In this document: positions 16,973-25,538 of the stretch, piece by piece
Position numbering within the stretch: the stretch's first letter is position 1
Layout of the letters: each line of letters opens with the position of its first letter
DNA from: Thermomicrobiales bacterium
GTDB taxonomy: Bacteria > Chloroflexota > Chloroflexia > Thermomicrobiales > UBA6265
Reading direction: 5' to 3'
NCBI GenBank assembly: GCA_965218235.1
Contig: OZ244595.1
Span: forward strand, 806,561-870,560
Length of the DNA stretch: 64,000 nt
Notes under the pieces: model-generated
The model's database searches: none
What the model was told of the DNA's origin: nothing
What the model saw: only the letters and a program-made list of their open reading frames with translations
Program-made: the position numbers and the translations under genes

Positions 16973-18001
16973 ATGCGTCGTTCAGTAGTCGCCATCGCCT
17001 GGCTCCTCATGCTCACGCTCAACGTCTGGCTTACGCCCGCCAACGCTCAGGACGCGACGCCGGGCGCCGCAACGCCCTCCGCTAATTGCGCCATGAGCAC
17101 GGAGGAGCAGAACGTCAAAGTCGCCCGGCAGTGGTACGACGTCTGGGGCTCCGAAGACTCGGCCGTATTTGAGGACATCGTCCAGCCCGACATCATCCAT
17201 CACGGGGGCGTCGGCGAGGACGCATCCAACGTGGTAGACCTTCGCGCCCGAAGCGATGTCTTCGCCGTGGCGTTCCCGGACCTCAGCCTCGTGGTCGAGC
17301 AAGTCATCGCCGATGGCGACTACGTCGCGGTCCGTTGGATCGCGACCGGAACCCAGGACGGTCCGTTCTTCGACATCGAGCCGAGCGGTGTCGAGGCGAC
17401 CTGGACCGGCATCAACATCTTCCGCTTCGAGTGCGGCAAGATCGCCGAGAACTGGAATGAGTTCGATGTCGTTGGTCTCCAGGCGCAACTGACCGGGATG
17501 ACGGACCCGATCGTCGGCACCCTCGCGACCCCAGCCGCGGACGCCACGCCCGCCACCGGCTGCGCGCCGACCACTGAGCAGGACGTCGCCGACGTGGCCG
17601 CGCGCTGGGGCGACCTGTGGGACGAGGGCGACATCAACGTCTTCGACGAGCTCGCCTCCCCGGATTCCGTCCATCATTGGGGTCTGGGTCAGGACACGAC
17701 GTCCCTCGCCGACTTCAAGGATCGGATCGGCACCCTCTTCGCTGGTTTCTCCGACCTGCGCCAGACCAATGAGGAGCCGATCGTCGACGGCGACCTGGTC
17801 GCGATCCGCTGGACCATGACCGGCACGCAGGACGGGCCGATCTTCGGCTTCGCGCCGACCGGCGCCGAGGTCACCTGGACCGGCATCAACATCTTCCGGG
17901 TCGCGTGCGGCCAGATCGTCGAGAGCTGGAGCGAGGTCGACAGCCTCGGGCTCAAGTCCCAGCTGGAGGCGGCGTCCAGCACCGCGACGCCCGCCGCCTG
18001 A
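16973..18001 (+). CDS. Secreted tandem SnoaL-like (ester cyclase-like) protein, paralog of 15489..16532
   Basis: GGAAGGA RBS. Signal MRRSVVAIAWLLMLTLNVWLTPANAQ. Same two-domain layout and the same four Cys positions as the upstream paralog. Confidence 0.75.
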   Translation: MRRSVVAIAWLLMLTLNVWLTPANAQDATPGAATPSANCAMSTEEQNVKVARQWYDVWGSEDSAVFEDIVQPDIIHHGGVGEDASNVVDLRARSDVFAVAFPDLSLVVEQVIADGDYVAVRWIATGTQDGPFFDIEPSGVEATWTGINIFRFECGKIAENWNEFDVVGLQAQLTGMTDPIVGTLATPAADATPATGCAPTTEQDVADVAARWGDLWDEGDINVFDELASPDSVHHWGLGQDTTSLADFKDRIGTLFAGFSDLRQTNEEPIVDGDLVAIRWTMTGTQDGPIFGFAPTGAEVTWTGINIFRVACGQIVESWSEVDSLGLKSQLEAASSTATPAA

Positions 18002-18045
18002 CCTCCCTCACCGGAGCGTTGGCCTGGCTCACAGCCAATGCCAGC

Positions 18046-18100
18046 GAACAGCCGGCGCCCGGGGCGATGTCCTGGGTGCCGGCTGTTCGGTTTTCGTTTG
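18046..18100 (+). terminator. Rho-independent terminator candidate
   Basis: 11-bp stem GAACAGCCGGC (18046-18056) / GCCGGCTGTTC (18078-18088), followed by GGTTTTCGTTTG. Confidence 0.6.
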
Positions 18101-18182
18101 CCGTATCATGCTTCCCGGACGATTCGGTGGTCAATGACGGGCAGTGGGCGGCCCGTAGACCGGTGCAGAGGAGAGATCGATC

Positions 18183-19268
18183 ATGGCGTTGCCCCGGACG
18201 ATGATGGCGATCCGGACCTGGGCGCCGCAGGATTACCGGCTCGAGGAAGTGCCCGTCCCCGAGGTCGGCCAAGGCGAGGTGCTGATCGAGGTCGAGTCCG
18301 TCGGCATCTGCGCCTCGGACGTGAAGTGCTGGCACGGCGGTGGCCACTTCTGGCCGTCGGACGATGGGCCCGGCTATGTCGAGGCACCCGCCATCGCCGG
18401 GCACGAGTTCAGTGGCCACGTCGTCGCGCTGGGTGAGGGGGCGGCCGAGCGGCACGGCGTCGCGCTGGGCGACCGGGTCGTCGCCGAGCAGATCGTCCCC
18501 TGCAATGTCTGCCGCTTCTGCCGTGATGGCCACTACTGGATGTGTCAGCGCTCCTGGATCTTCGGCTTCAAGCAGGTGCTGGACGGCGGGATGGCTCGCT
18601 ACTGCCGGTTGCCGCGGGAGTCGCGGATCCATCAGGTGCCGGCGTCGTTGAGTGTCGGCGCGGCCGCCTACATCGAGCCGCTGGCCTGCGCCTGGCACGC
18701 CGTCGACCGCGGCGAGATCCTGCCCAACGACACCGTCGTCGTCTGCGGGATCGGCAACATCGGCCTCTGCATGGTCCAGATCGCGAAGCGGCATTTGGCC
18801 GGGACGGGACGGGTCGTCGCCCTCGGGACGCGCCAGAACCGTCTCGACCTCGCCCGGGAGCTGGGCGCCGACATCTGCATCGACGTCACCCAGGTGGACG
18901 CGGTCGCCGAGGTCATGGCCCTGACCGGCGGTTACGGCTGCGATGTCTACATCGAGACCAGCGGCAACCCGGACGGCGTCACCCAGGGGCTCGGGATGAT
19001 CCGCAAACTGGGGACGTTCGTGGAGTTCAGCGTCTTCAGCCGGCCGGCGACGGTCAACTGGACGGTGATCGGCGACAGCAAGGAGCTCACGATCCACGGT
19101 AGTCACCTCGGGCCGCACTGCTATCCGAAGGCGATCGCGGCGCTGGCCGACGGCACGATCGACGTCAGCCGTCTCGTCAACAACGTCTACCCGCTGGACC
19201 GGTTCGACGAGGCGATCCGGGAGGCCGTGACCGGCTCGGTGATGAAGAACCTCGTCCGGCCGATCTGA
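18183..19268 (+). CDS. Zinc-dependent medium-chain alcohol/polyol dehydrogenase (MDR family)
   Basis: GICASDVKCWHGG, GHEFSGHVVALGEG, structural-zinc Cys cluster CNVCRFCRDGHYWMC, and nucleotide-binding VVVCGIGNIGL. Confidence 0.8.
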   Translation: MALPRTMMAIRTWAPQDYRLEEVPVPEVGQGEVLIEVESVGICASDVKCWHGGGHFWPSDDGPGYVEAPAIAGHEFSGHVVALGEGAAERHGVALGDRVVAEQIVPCNVCRFCRDGHYWMCQRSWIFGFKQVLDGGMARYCRLPRESRIHQVPASLSVGAAAYIEPLACAWHAVDRGEILPNDTVVVCGIGNIGLCMVQIAKRHLAGTGRVVALGTRQNRLDLARELGADICIDVTQVDAVAEVMALTGGYGCDVYIETSGNPDGVTQGLGMIRKLGTFVEFSVFSRPATVNWTVIGDSKELTIHGSHLGPHCYPKAIAALADGTIDVSRLVNNVYPLDRFDEAIREAVTGSVMKNLVRPI

Positions 19269-19301
19269 TCGACTGGCCCGCCGATCCGGCCACGTCTCTT
19301 G

Positions 19302-19781
19302 TCAGGCCCGACCCAGCGGCAAGGACCGGCGGATCTCGCCGAGATGATAGGTGCAGTGCGCAATCAGGGCGATCCCGCGCTGGATCGGCTCGTCGTCCTG
19401 CCAGGCCGACGGGTCCGCCATCAGCATCAGTAGCTCGTCGTAGGCCGTGCCGAGCCCCGCGACCAGCGCCGCCCACTGCGCGTCGTCCACCTCACCAACC
19501 AGCCAGCTTGCGTCCCAGTCGACTCCCTCGGGCTGGCGTCCTTGCAGGTACTCGCCGATCGTCACGATGTAATAGGTCGTGTGGTTGACCTGGGCGGCGA
19601 TGTTCGAGGCGCCGGGGGCGACCGGCCGCGAAGCCTGTTCGGCGCTGACCGTCGCCAGCGTCTCGAACATCGCCGTCCCCCGGTCGAGGTACATCCCTTC
19701 GACCTTCTCGAACGTCTCGCGGAGGACGGCCATCATCGCCGCGGTCACGTCACCGAGGGGGTAGGTCTGTGGCGTTGTCAT
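19302..19781 (-). CDS. DinB family protein (paralog of 11247..11738)
   Basis: GGGAGTGAAG RBS before ATG 19781. TLATVSAEQAS ... NIAAQVNHTTYY ... AHCTYHLGEIRR. Confidence 0.7.
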   Translation of the reverse strand: MTTPQTYPLGDVTAAMMAVLRETFEKVEGMYLDRGTAMFETLATVSAEQASRPVAPGASNIAAQVNHTTYYIVTIGEYLQGRQPEGVDWDASWLVGEVDDAQWAALVAGLGTAYDELLMLMADPSAWQDDEPIQRGIALIAHCTYHLGEIRRSLPLGRA

Positions 19782-19822
19782 GCTGTCTTCACTCCCGCAG
19801 TGCTGGCGAAAAACGATGTCGT

Positions 19823-19849
19823 CCATCCCCTTCGTTCTGGAGGGGATGG
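19823..19849 (-). terminator. 9-bp stem hairpin downstream of the LLM gene
   Basis: CCATCCCCT (19823-19831) / AGGGGATGG (19841-19849). On the minus strand a T5 run follows 9 nt later. Confidence 0.4.
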
Positions 19850-19910
19850 GCGACGCGGGCGATTACGGCCCGGATCGACGCCTGGATACCGGCAGACGAC
19901 CATTTCGGGT

Positions 19911-20987
19911 TTAGTCGGCGACCGAGGCGAGCTCCCGGCCGGCCGGAGCCGCGGCGCCAGCGCCGAGCTGCTCGGCCATCAGCTCGAAGGTCCGGAGGCG
20001 GACGGCGAGGTCGGGGACGATGGTCATCAGCATGAGCTCGTCGGCTGCCGTCTGGTCGGCGAAGGTTCGGATCTCGGCGGCGACCTGTTCGGGCAGCCCG
20101 ACGAAGCGGCTCCCCGGCATCCGGCGCAGCATCGCCCGGTCGCTGTCGGTGAACTGGTAGGCCAGCGCCTCAGTCCGGGACGGCCGGGCGCCGCGCTGCC
20201 CGCGGACGATCATCAGCAGGAAGAAGTTGGACAGGTGCTGGAGCTCCGCGACTTCCTGCTCGGTCTCGCCGACGACGACCCCAACGGTCAGGACAGCGTA
20301 CGGCGTAGGGTAGCGCTCTGACGGGGAGAAGGTCTCCCGGTAGGTTGTCATCGCCGGGAGGGCTGTCGCGCCGCCGATATGGGCGGCGAAGGCGAGCCCG
20401 AGGCCGGCCTGGGCGGCCAGCTCGGCGCTGAACATGCTGGAGCCGAGCAGGAACACCGGCGGCAGGCGGACATCGCCGGGGACCGGCGTGATCTCGCGGA
20501 AGGGGTGGTCCTCGGGGAAGGAGCCGTCGTCGAAGGCGAGCAGTTCGGCCAGCAGCTGTGGGTAGTCGTCGCCGCTGAGCGCCTCGCGGGAGCGGCGCAG
20601 CGCGAAGGCCGTCAGCGTGTCCGTGCCGGGCGCGCGGCCGAGGCCGAGGTCGATCCGGCCAGGGTGCAGAGCCTCCAGTAGACGGAAGCCCTCGGCGATC
20701 CGGAGGGGCGGGTGGTTGGGCAACATGATCCCGCCGGCGCCGAGGCGGATCCGGTCCGTATGGGCAGCAAGGTGAGCGATCAGGATCTCGGGGGAGCCGG
20801 AGGCCAGTCCGGCCGAGTTGTGATGCTCCGACACCCAGAGGCGGTGGTAGCCGAGCCGGTCGCCGAGCTGGGCGACGGCGGTCGTCGCGGCGAGGGCCTC
20901 GCCGGAGCTCTGGCCGGATTCGATCGGGGAGAGGTCGAGGATCGAGATCGGGCGGGCGGTGGAGGTTGTTGTAACGGTCATGGTCAT
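19911..20987 (-). CDS. LLM-class (luciferase-like) flavin-dependent oxidoreductase
   Basis: ISILDLSPI...LGYHRLWVSEHHN...GAGGIMLPNHPPLRIAE...GRIDLGLGRAPGTD are typical of the family. AGGGAG RBS. Confidence 0.8.
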   Translation of the reverse strand: MTMTVTTTSTARPISILDLSPIESGQSSGEALAATTAVAQLGDRLGYHRLWVSEHHNSAGLASGSPEILIAHLAAHTDRIRLGAGGIMLPNHPPLRIAEGFRLLEALHPGRIDLGLGRAPGTDTLTAFALRRSREALSGDDYPQLLAELLAFDDGSFPEDHPFREITPVPGDVRLPPVFLLGSSMFSAELAAQAGLGLAFAAHIGGATALPAMTTYRETFSPSERYPTPYAVLTVGVVVGETEQEVAELQHLSNFFLLMIVRGQRGARPSRTEALAYQFTDSDRAMLRRMPGSRFVGLPEQVAAEIRTFADQTAADELMLMTIVPDLAVRLRTFELMAEQLGAGAAAPAGRELASVAD

Positions 20988-21077
20988 GCTCCCTGTGCGC
21001 GAGGATAGTCGCTTACCATTAGGAAGTATAAGCCATGATCCAGTCCCTGAGAGCGCTTGCCGGTCGGCGGTGACGGG

Positions 21078-21308
21078 TCACCGGGCCCACGGAAACTCGC
21101 CGTGATGGCTGCCGGAGGGCGTCGAGACGTGGGCTCCGGCCAGCAGCGCGACCACGATGCTGACCGAGCAATCGCCGGCGTTGCCGATCTGCCGGAGAGC
21201 GTCGCCAGGCACGAAGCTTGAGTCACCGATGCCGGCAACCTCGAACGTGCCGTCGATGCTGACGGTCAGCGATCCGGTCAGTACGGCGTAGACCTGGTCG
21301 ACGTCCAT
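21078..21308 (-). CDS. Cupin domain ORF with unresolved or decayed N-terminus
   Basis: Cupin-like text continues upstream of the first Met (..WRATLPPGASGPEHR|MDVDQVYAVLTGSL..). No ATG, GTG or TTG occurs in frame before the upstream stop at 21522-21524. Confidence 0.4.
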   Translation of the reverse strand: MDVDQVYAVLTGSLTVSIDGTFEVAGIGDSSFVPGDALRQIGNAGDCSVSIVVALLAGAHVSTPSGSHHGEFPWAR

Positions 21309-21827
21309 CCGGTGCTCCGGGCCGCTTGCTCCCGGTGGCAGCGTCGCCCGCCAGACGGCGAGCGCTGAGCGATGACGCGCTGGGCTGCCCAGGAGCGCGA
21401 CTGGGAGCGACTGATTGGCGCGCCGGGAACGGCCGCGGTCCGCTCCGGCCTTGCCGCATTCATCGAGTACTGGGGCGGCTTCGACCCGCCGCTTCGCCTC
21501 CGTCCGACGTGGTAAAGCCGGTCAAGGTCCCGCTCGCGCAACGGCGTTTCCCCTCAGTCGCTGATCGGCACGCAACGTCGTTGACCGTTGCGTGTCGTGC
21601 TCCTCCCATACCGGTGGCTGGATCGAGTCGACACCATCGGATCATGAGATCAGGTCCATGGCGGCTCCGTCCCGGCGTCCGTGTTTCGGCAGCGGCCCGA
21701 AGGTCCGTTGAAATGAGTGATTGACAGCCCGAAGCCGCTGTGGCACAAACCGGACTGCATTCCGGGGTGCCGAAAGACGATCAATGACGATTGACCTCGA
21801 TCAGGCACATCGAGAGGGGAAGCGACC

Positions 21828-22262
21828 GTGAACGCAACGTCTGATTCCGGCTCTGTGCCCTCCGGTGACGAGAGGGCGCGGATGCGTCGCAAGCATGTCT
21901 TCGCGATCAATGCCTCGCCCCCGTTCCTCGATGTGATCCGGGAGTTGTTCCAGGACGAGCGGTACAACGTCACGACGACCAACTTCGTGCCCAACACCTT
22001 CGCTCAGGTCGCCGCCCTGCAGCCCGACCTCCTGCTGATCGATCTCGTCGTCCAGACACGCGCCGGATGGGACCTGCTGGAGCAGCTGCGGACGGACGCG
22101 GCCACCAGCGAGATCCCGGTTATCGTGACCTCGACCGATCGTCACATGCTCGAACACGCCGAGGCCGACAGGGCCCGGTTCGCGGGGGACCGGTACATCG
22201 TCAAGCCATTCGACATCGAGGACATCCTGTCCACCGTGCATGATCTGATCGGTGTCGCCTGA
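21828..22262 (+). CDS. Stand-alone response-regulator receiver domain protein (atypical acidic pocket)
   Basis: CheY-like landmarks are present: LLLIDLVV (Asp), VIVTSTD (Thr/Ser) and YIVKPF (Lys). The usual N-terminal DD pair reads AINASP. GTG start. Confidence 0.6.
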   Translation: MNATSDSGSVPSGDERARMRRKHVFAINASPPFLDVIRELFQDERYNVTTTNFVPNTFAQVAALQPDLLLIDLVVQTRAGWDLLEQLRTDAATSEIPVIVTSTDRHMLEHAEADRARFAGDRYIVKPFDIEDILSTVHDLIGVA

Positions 22263-22320
22263 CACGACCGGAATCGGTTCGGGTTGTTGCGAGTCCCGCA
22301 CTGCCCGGCTGGACGTCAAC

Positions 22321-22366
22321 ACCCAGCGGGCCGCCGCGACATCATCGTCGTGGCGGCCCGCTGGGT
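22321..22366. terminator. 15-bp stem hairpin between convergent genes
   Basis: ACCCAGCGGGCCGCC (22321-22335), a 16-nt loop, then GGCGGCCCGCTGGGT (22352-22366). Confidence 0.5.
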
Positions 22367-22402
22367 TGGCAGGGGGTTGAGGGGTCCGCGCCGGGGACGG
22401 GG

Positions 22403-23635
22403 CTAGAGCAGGCGCATCACGACCGCGCAGTCGATGATCGCGCCGCTGGAGCCGAAGTCCGCGCCGTCCGGGCCAGTGAGCCAGCCCTGATCGGCAAGTC
22501 CGAGGATCTCGAACTCCTGCAGGTTGCGGGCTTGGTAGCCATTGTCGATGGCGTCCTGCGTCCAGGAGTAGATATTGGCGTCCCAGAGTGGACTGTAATC
22601 CGTGGCAACGGTCGGAATTCCGCCGAAGACATTCAGCGGTCCGCCGCCGTCGACGATGGCGCTGGTCAGTCCTTGCCGCTGCGGGTTGTCCGCGCCGGTC
22701 TGGCCGTTGGTCGCAACGAAGATCCGCTCGGTCGCGCTGAAGGCACCATCGTCGAAGCCGACCCGAATATCATTCAGTCCTGGCGCGAGCGTTGCGCCCT
22801 CGAGCGCGGCCACCATTTCGACGCTGGCATCAGTGCTCAGATAGAGGATCGGTCGTCCGAAGCTGAAGCCGGTCGTGAGCTTCATCGTGACCGTCATCTC
22901 GTCGGGGCAGATGTTCACGACGTGGTCGTGAACCAGGCTGTAGTCGGGAGCGGTGTCGCAGAAGTTGAGATCGGCGGCGTCGGTGTCATACGCCACAACG
23001 GGTGCGTTGTAGATTGCGCCGCCCCCGTTGGTGATCCGGATCACCGGTGTGTAGCCGTCGTCACCGACGGATCCGGGCATGGCGACGGACGGCGGGAAGG
23101 CGGCGTCGCCCTCGCCCGGCACGACCGTCAGGTCCGGGCTGAAGTCGACGGTGCCGCTTTCGAACGTCAGGGAGGCATCGGTCTCCAGGGTGGCATTGCG
23201 GACGCCCTGACCGGTTCCGGCGTAACCGAGCTTGGCCGAGTAGTTCAGGCCGAGCGCCGTGGCATTGCCCTGGTCGTTGGTGTCGGTCAGGATGTACCAG
23301 ACGTTGGTTCCGTCCGGCATGTGGCCGAGATAGAGTGGCATAGTGATCGTGCTCGTCGCGACGTCAACCGGACCGGACTTGAGGAGCTGGTATGGGCCGA
23401 TCAGCTCTCGCTGGGCTTCAGAGGGCACCGGTCCGAAGTAGCCGGCCTGGATGTCGGTTCCGATCGGGTTCAATGTCTCCGGACCGGCCTGGGAGTTGTC
23501 GGCCGGCGGTGCGGGTGGCGGCGTGCCGCCGTCCTGGGCGAGGGCCGGGGCGGACGAGCCGAGCATGAGCACGAGCGCGACGAAGAGCAGCAGCAGACGG
23601 CGACGAGACAGGTCGAACGTGGCTGGACGGAACAT
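22403..23635 (-). CDS. Secreted hypothetical protein (410 aa)
   Basis: GAAGGAG RBS before ATG 23635. Signal peptide RRRLLLLFVALVLMLGSSAPALAQ. No family recognised. Confidence 0.6.
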   Translation of the reverse strand: MFRPATFDLSRRRLLLLFVALVLMLGSSAPALAQDGGTPPPAPPADNSQAGPETLNPIGTDIQAGYFGPVPSEAQRELIGPYQLLKSGPVDVATSTITMPLYLGHMPDGTNVWYILTDTNDQGNATALGLNYSAKLGYAGTGQGVRNATLETDASLTFESGTVDFSPDLTVVPGEGDAAFPPSVAMPGSVGDDGYTPVIRITNGGGAIYNAPVVAYDTDAADLNFCDTAPDYSLVHDHVVNICPDEMTVTMKLTTGFSFGRPILYLSTDASVEMVAALEGATLAPGLNDIRVGFDDGAFSATERIFVATNGQTGADNPQRQGLTSAIVDGGGPLNVFGGIPTVATDYSPLWDANIYSWTQDAIDNGYQARNLQEFEILGLADQGWLTGPDGADFGSSGAIIDCAVVMRLL

Positions 23636-24084
23636 GGATGCTCCTTCGGGTAGCTGACAATGGGCACTGAACGGGGACGGCTCGGGTAGAGACGCGGCGA
23701 ATGCTTGAGCGACGATTCCTCCGTTGCGGGTCGATACCGGTCGTGGGACGCTCCGCGATGAGGTCCTCCTCACACCGTATCCGGAGAGTGTCAACGTCCC
23801 GGTGGCGCGGCGGTATCAGTTCCGTAAACGCCGGTGTCCGTCCAGTAAACAGAGCTCGGATGAGCAGTCCAGACCGGTGCCCCGGACCGGTACCAAACCG
23901 GCGATCAACCGTTCATGCTGAATTGCTCGAAGAGGTACGACGCACGATTCGTAAGCACGGCATGGATTGCGCGTAGGGATTGAGAGAACCCACGACCGGT
24001 CGGACATCGGCCGATCGGTTACGGCAGCGGTCAGTTCGCGACCGGTCGACTCAAGACAGACCAAGAGAGAACGAGGACACCCCA

Positions 24085-24603
24085 ATGGAGACGTTCGAAG
24101 CCGTCCGGACCGTGCTCGCGGTCCGCTCCTACACCGACCAAGCCGTCCCGTCGGAGATCGTCTGGAAGATCGTCGAATCAGCCCACCTGACCGCCAGCTC
24201 CTCCAACAAGCAACCGTGGCACTTCATCGTCGTCCAAGACCGCGAGACGCTTCGCCAGCTCGGCGAGGCGCTTTCCGGGAATGGGCCGTACATCGCCGAC
24301 GCCCCGCTCGCGATCGCCGTGGTGATCGACCGGACGCCGTCGGCGGTGTCCGATGGCAGCCGAGCGGTCCAGTCGATGCTGCTGACGGCGTGGTCCGAGG
24401 GGTTGGGTGGCAACTGGGTTGGCGGCGTCGGTCCGAACGCGGGTGCCCGGCCGATCCTGGGCATTCCCGAGGACCGCGACATCCTGGCGATCCTGCCGAT
24501 CGGCTACCCGACCAACCCCGGCGGCAAGGGCCAGAAGAACCGCAAGCCGTTCGACGAGGTCGTCTACGACGAGCAGTGGGGCCAGCCGTTCGCCCGGTCG
24601 TAG
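24085..24603 (+). CDS. Nitroreductase family protein
   Basis: METFEAVRTVLAVRSY...SSSNKQPWHFIVV...QSMLLTAWSEGLG. GAGGA RBS before ATG 24085. Confidence 0.75.
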   Translation: METFEAVRTVLAVRSYTDQAVPSEIVWKIVESAHLTASSSNKQPWHFIVVQDRETLRQLGEALSGNGPYIADAPLAIAVVIDRTPSAVSDGSRAVQSMLLTAWSEGLGGNWVGGVGPNAGARPILGIPEDRDILAILPIGYPTNPGGKGQKNRKPFDEVVYDEQWGQPFARS

Positions 24604-24701
24604 ACGCGGTCAGGCGGTCGTCCTGAAACGGAACACCCTGGGCAATCTGCTCGGGGTGTTCCGTTTCTCTCCTGTCTGGAACGACGATGACTTGCTGGTT
24701 G

Positions 24702-25349
24702 TCAGTTCGCCGGATCGGCCCGGTTCGCCAGCCGGAGATGATTGCCGACCCAGGTGACCAGCCAGGTCATCGCGATGACGCCGACCGCGATCCCGACCGC
24801 TGAGCCGGCCACGCCAGCGTAGCCGCCCGCCGCATCCGGGTTCAGGAACGGGTAGGGGTACCAGTCCACGATCGGCCCACGGATCAGCGAGTAGACGAGG
24901 TAGAGGATCGGGAAGGCCAGCCAGGGCAGCGCCTCCCGAAACGCGATCTGGACAGCTGGTGGTCGGATCAGCCAGTCGGCCAGCAGGACGATCGGGAAGA
25001 TTCGATGGACGACGTTGTTCACCCACGGCGTCGCGGTCTGGAGCTCATCGGTGTAGCCGCTCAGGAGCAACCCGTAGACGATGCCGGTCGTGACCATGTA
25101 GAGGACGGCCGCTCCGCGAATGAGTTCCGCCGTGCGTGACGGCGGTGAACCGACGCGGTTCAGCCCAAATGCGAGCAGCACGAGCACGGCGAGGATGTTG
25201 CTCTCGATCGTGAAGAAGCTGAAGAAGTTGCCGACGCTAAAGTCGGGTTTGATGTCGATCGAGTGGATGAGCTGGTAGAGGATCGCGATCAGCGAAAGCA
25301 GTGCGAAGGCGATCCGGTAGGCCGCGACCCACGTCGGTTGAGTTGACAC
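24702..25349 (-). CDS. Integral membrane protein (Pr6Pr/FAR-17a-like, about six TM helices)
   Basis: AGGAGGG RBS before GTG 25349. Repeated hydrophobic helices and FFTIESNIL / RIFPIVLLADWL motifs. Family assignment is tentative. Confidence 0.6.
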   Translation of the reverse strand: MSTQPTWVAAYRIAFALLSLIAILYQLIHSIDIKPDFSVGNFFSFFTIESNILAVLVLLAFGLNRVGSPPSRTAELIRGAAVLYMVTTGIVYGLLLSGYTDELQTATPWVNNVVHRIFPIVLLADWLIRPPAVQIAFREALPWLAFPILYLVYSLIRGPIVDWYPYPFLNPDAAGGYAGVAGSAVGIAVGVIAMTWLVTWVGNHLRLANRADPAN

Positions 25350-25538
25350 GCAACGCCCTCCTGCCGGACGGCCCGGCGATCCCTACCCCCGTTCAGACCG
25401 CCGCGTTCCGTCCACTTCCAATGGGGCTGAACCGCGGCGTCCGCCACGCCTATCTTCGCAGCAATCGGGTGAATGCACGACCGGACCCTTGGCTCGGACA
25501 ACCACGCCCGATCGTCGCGATCGTCGCTGGGCAAGCGC

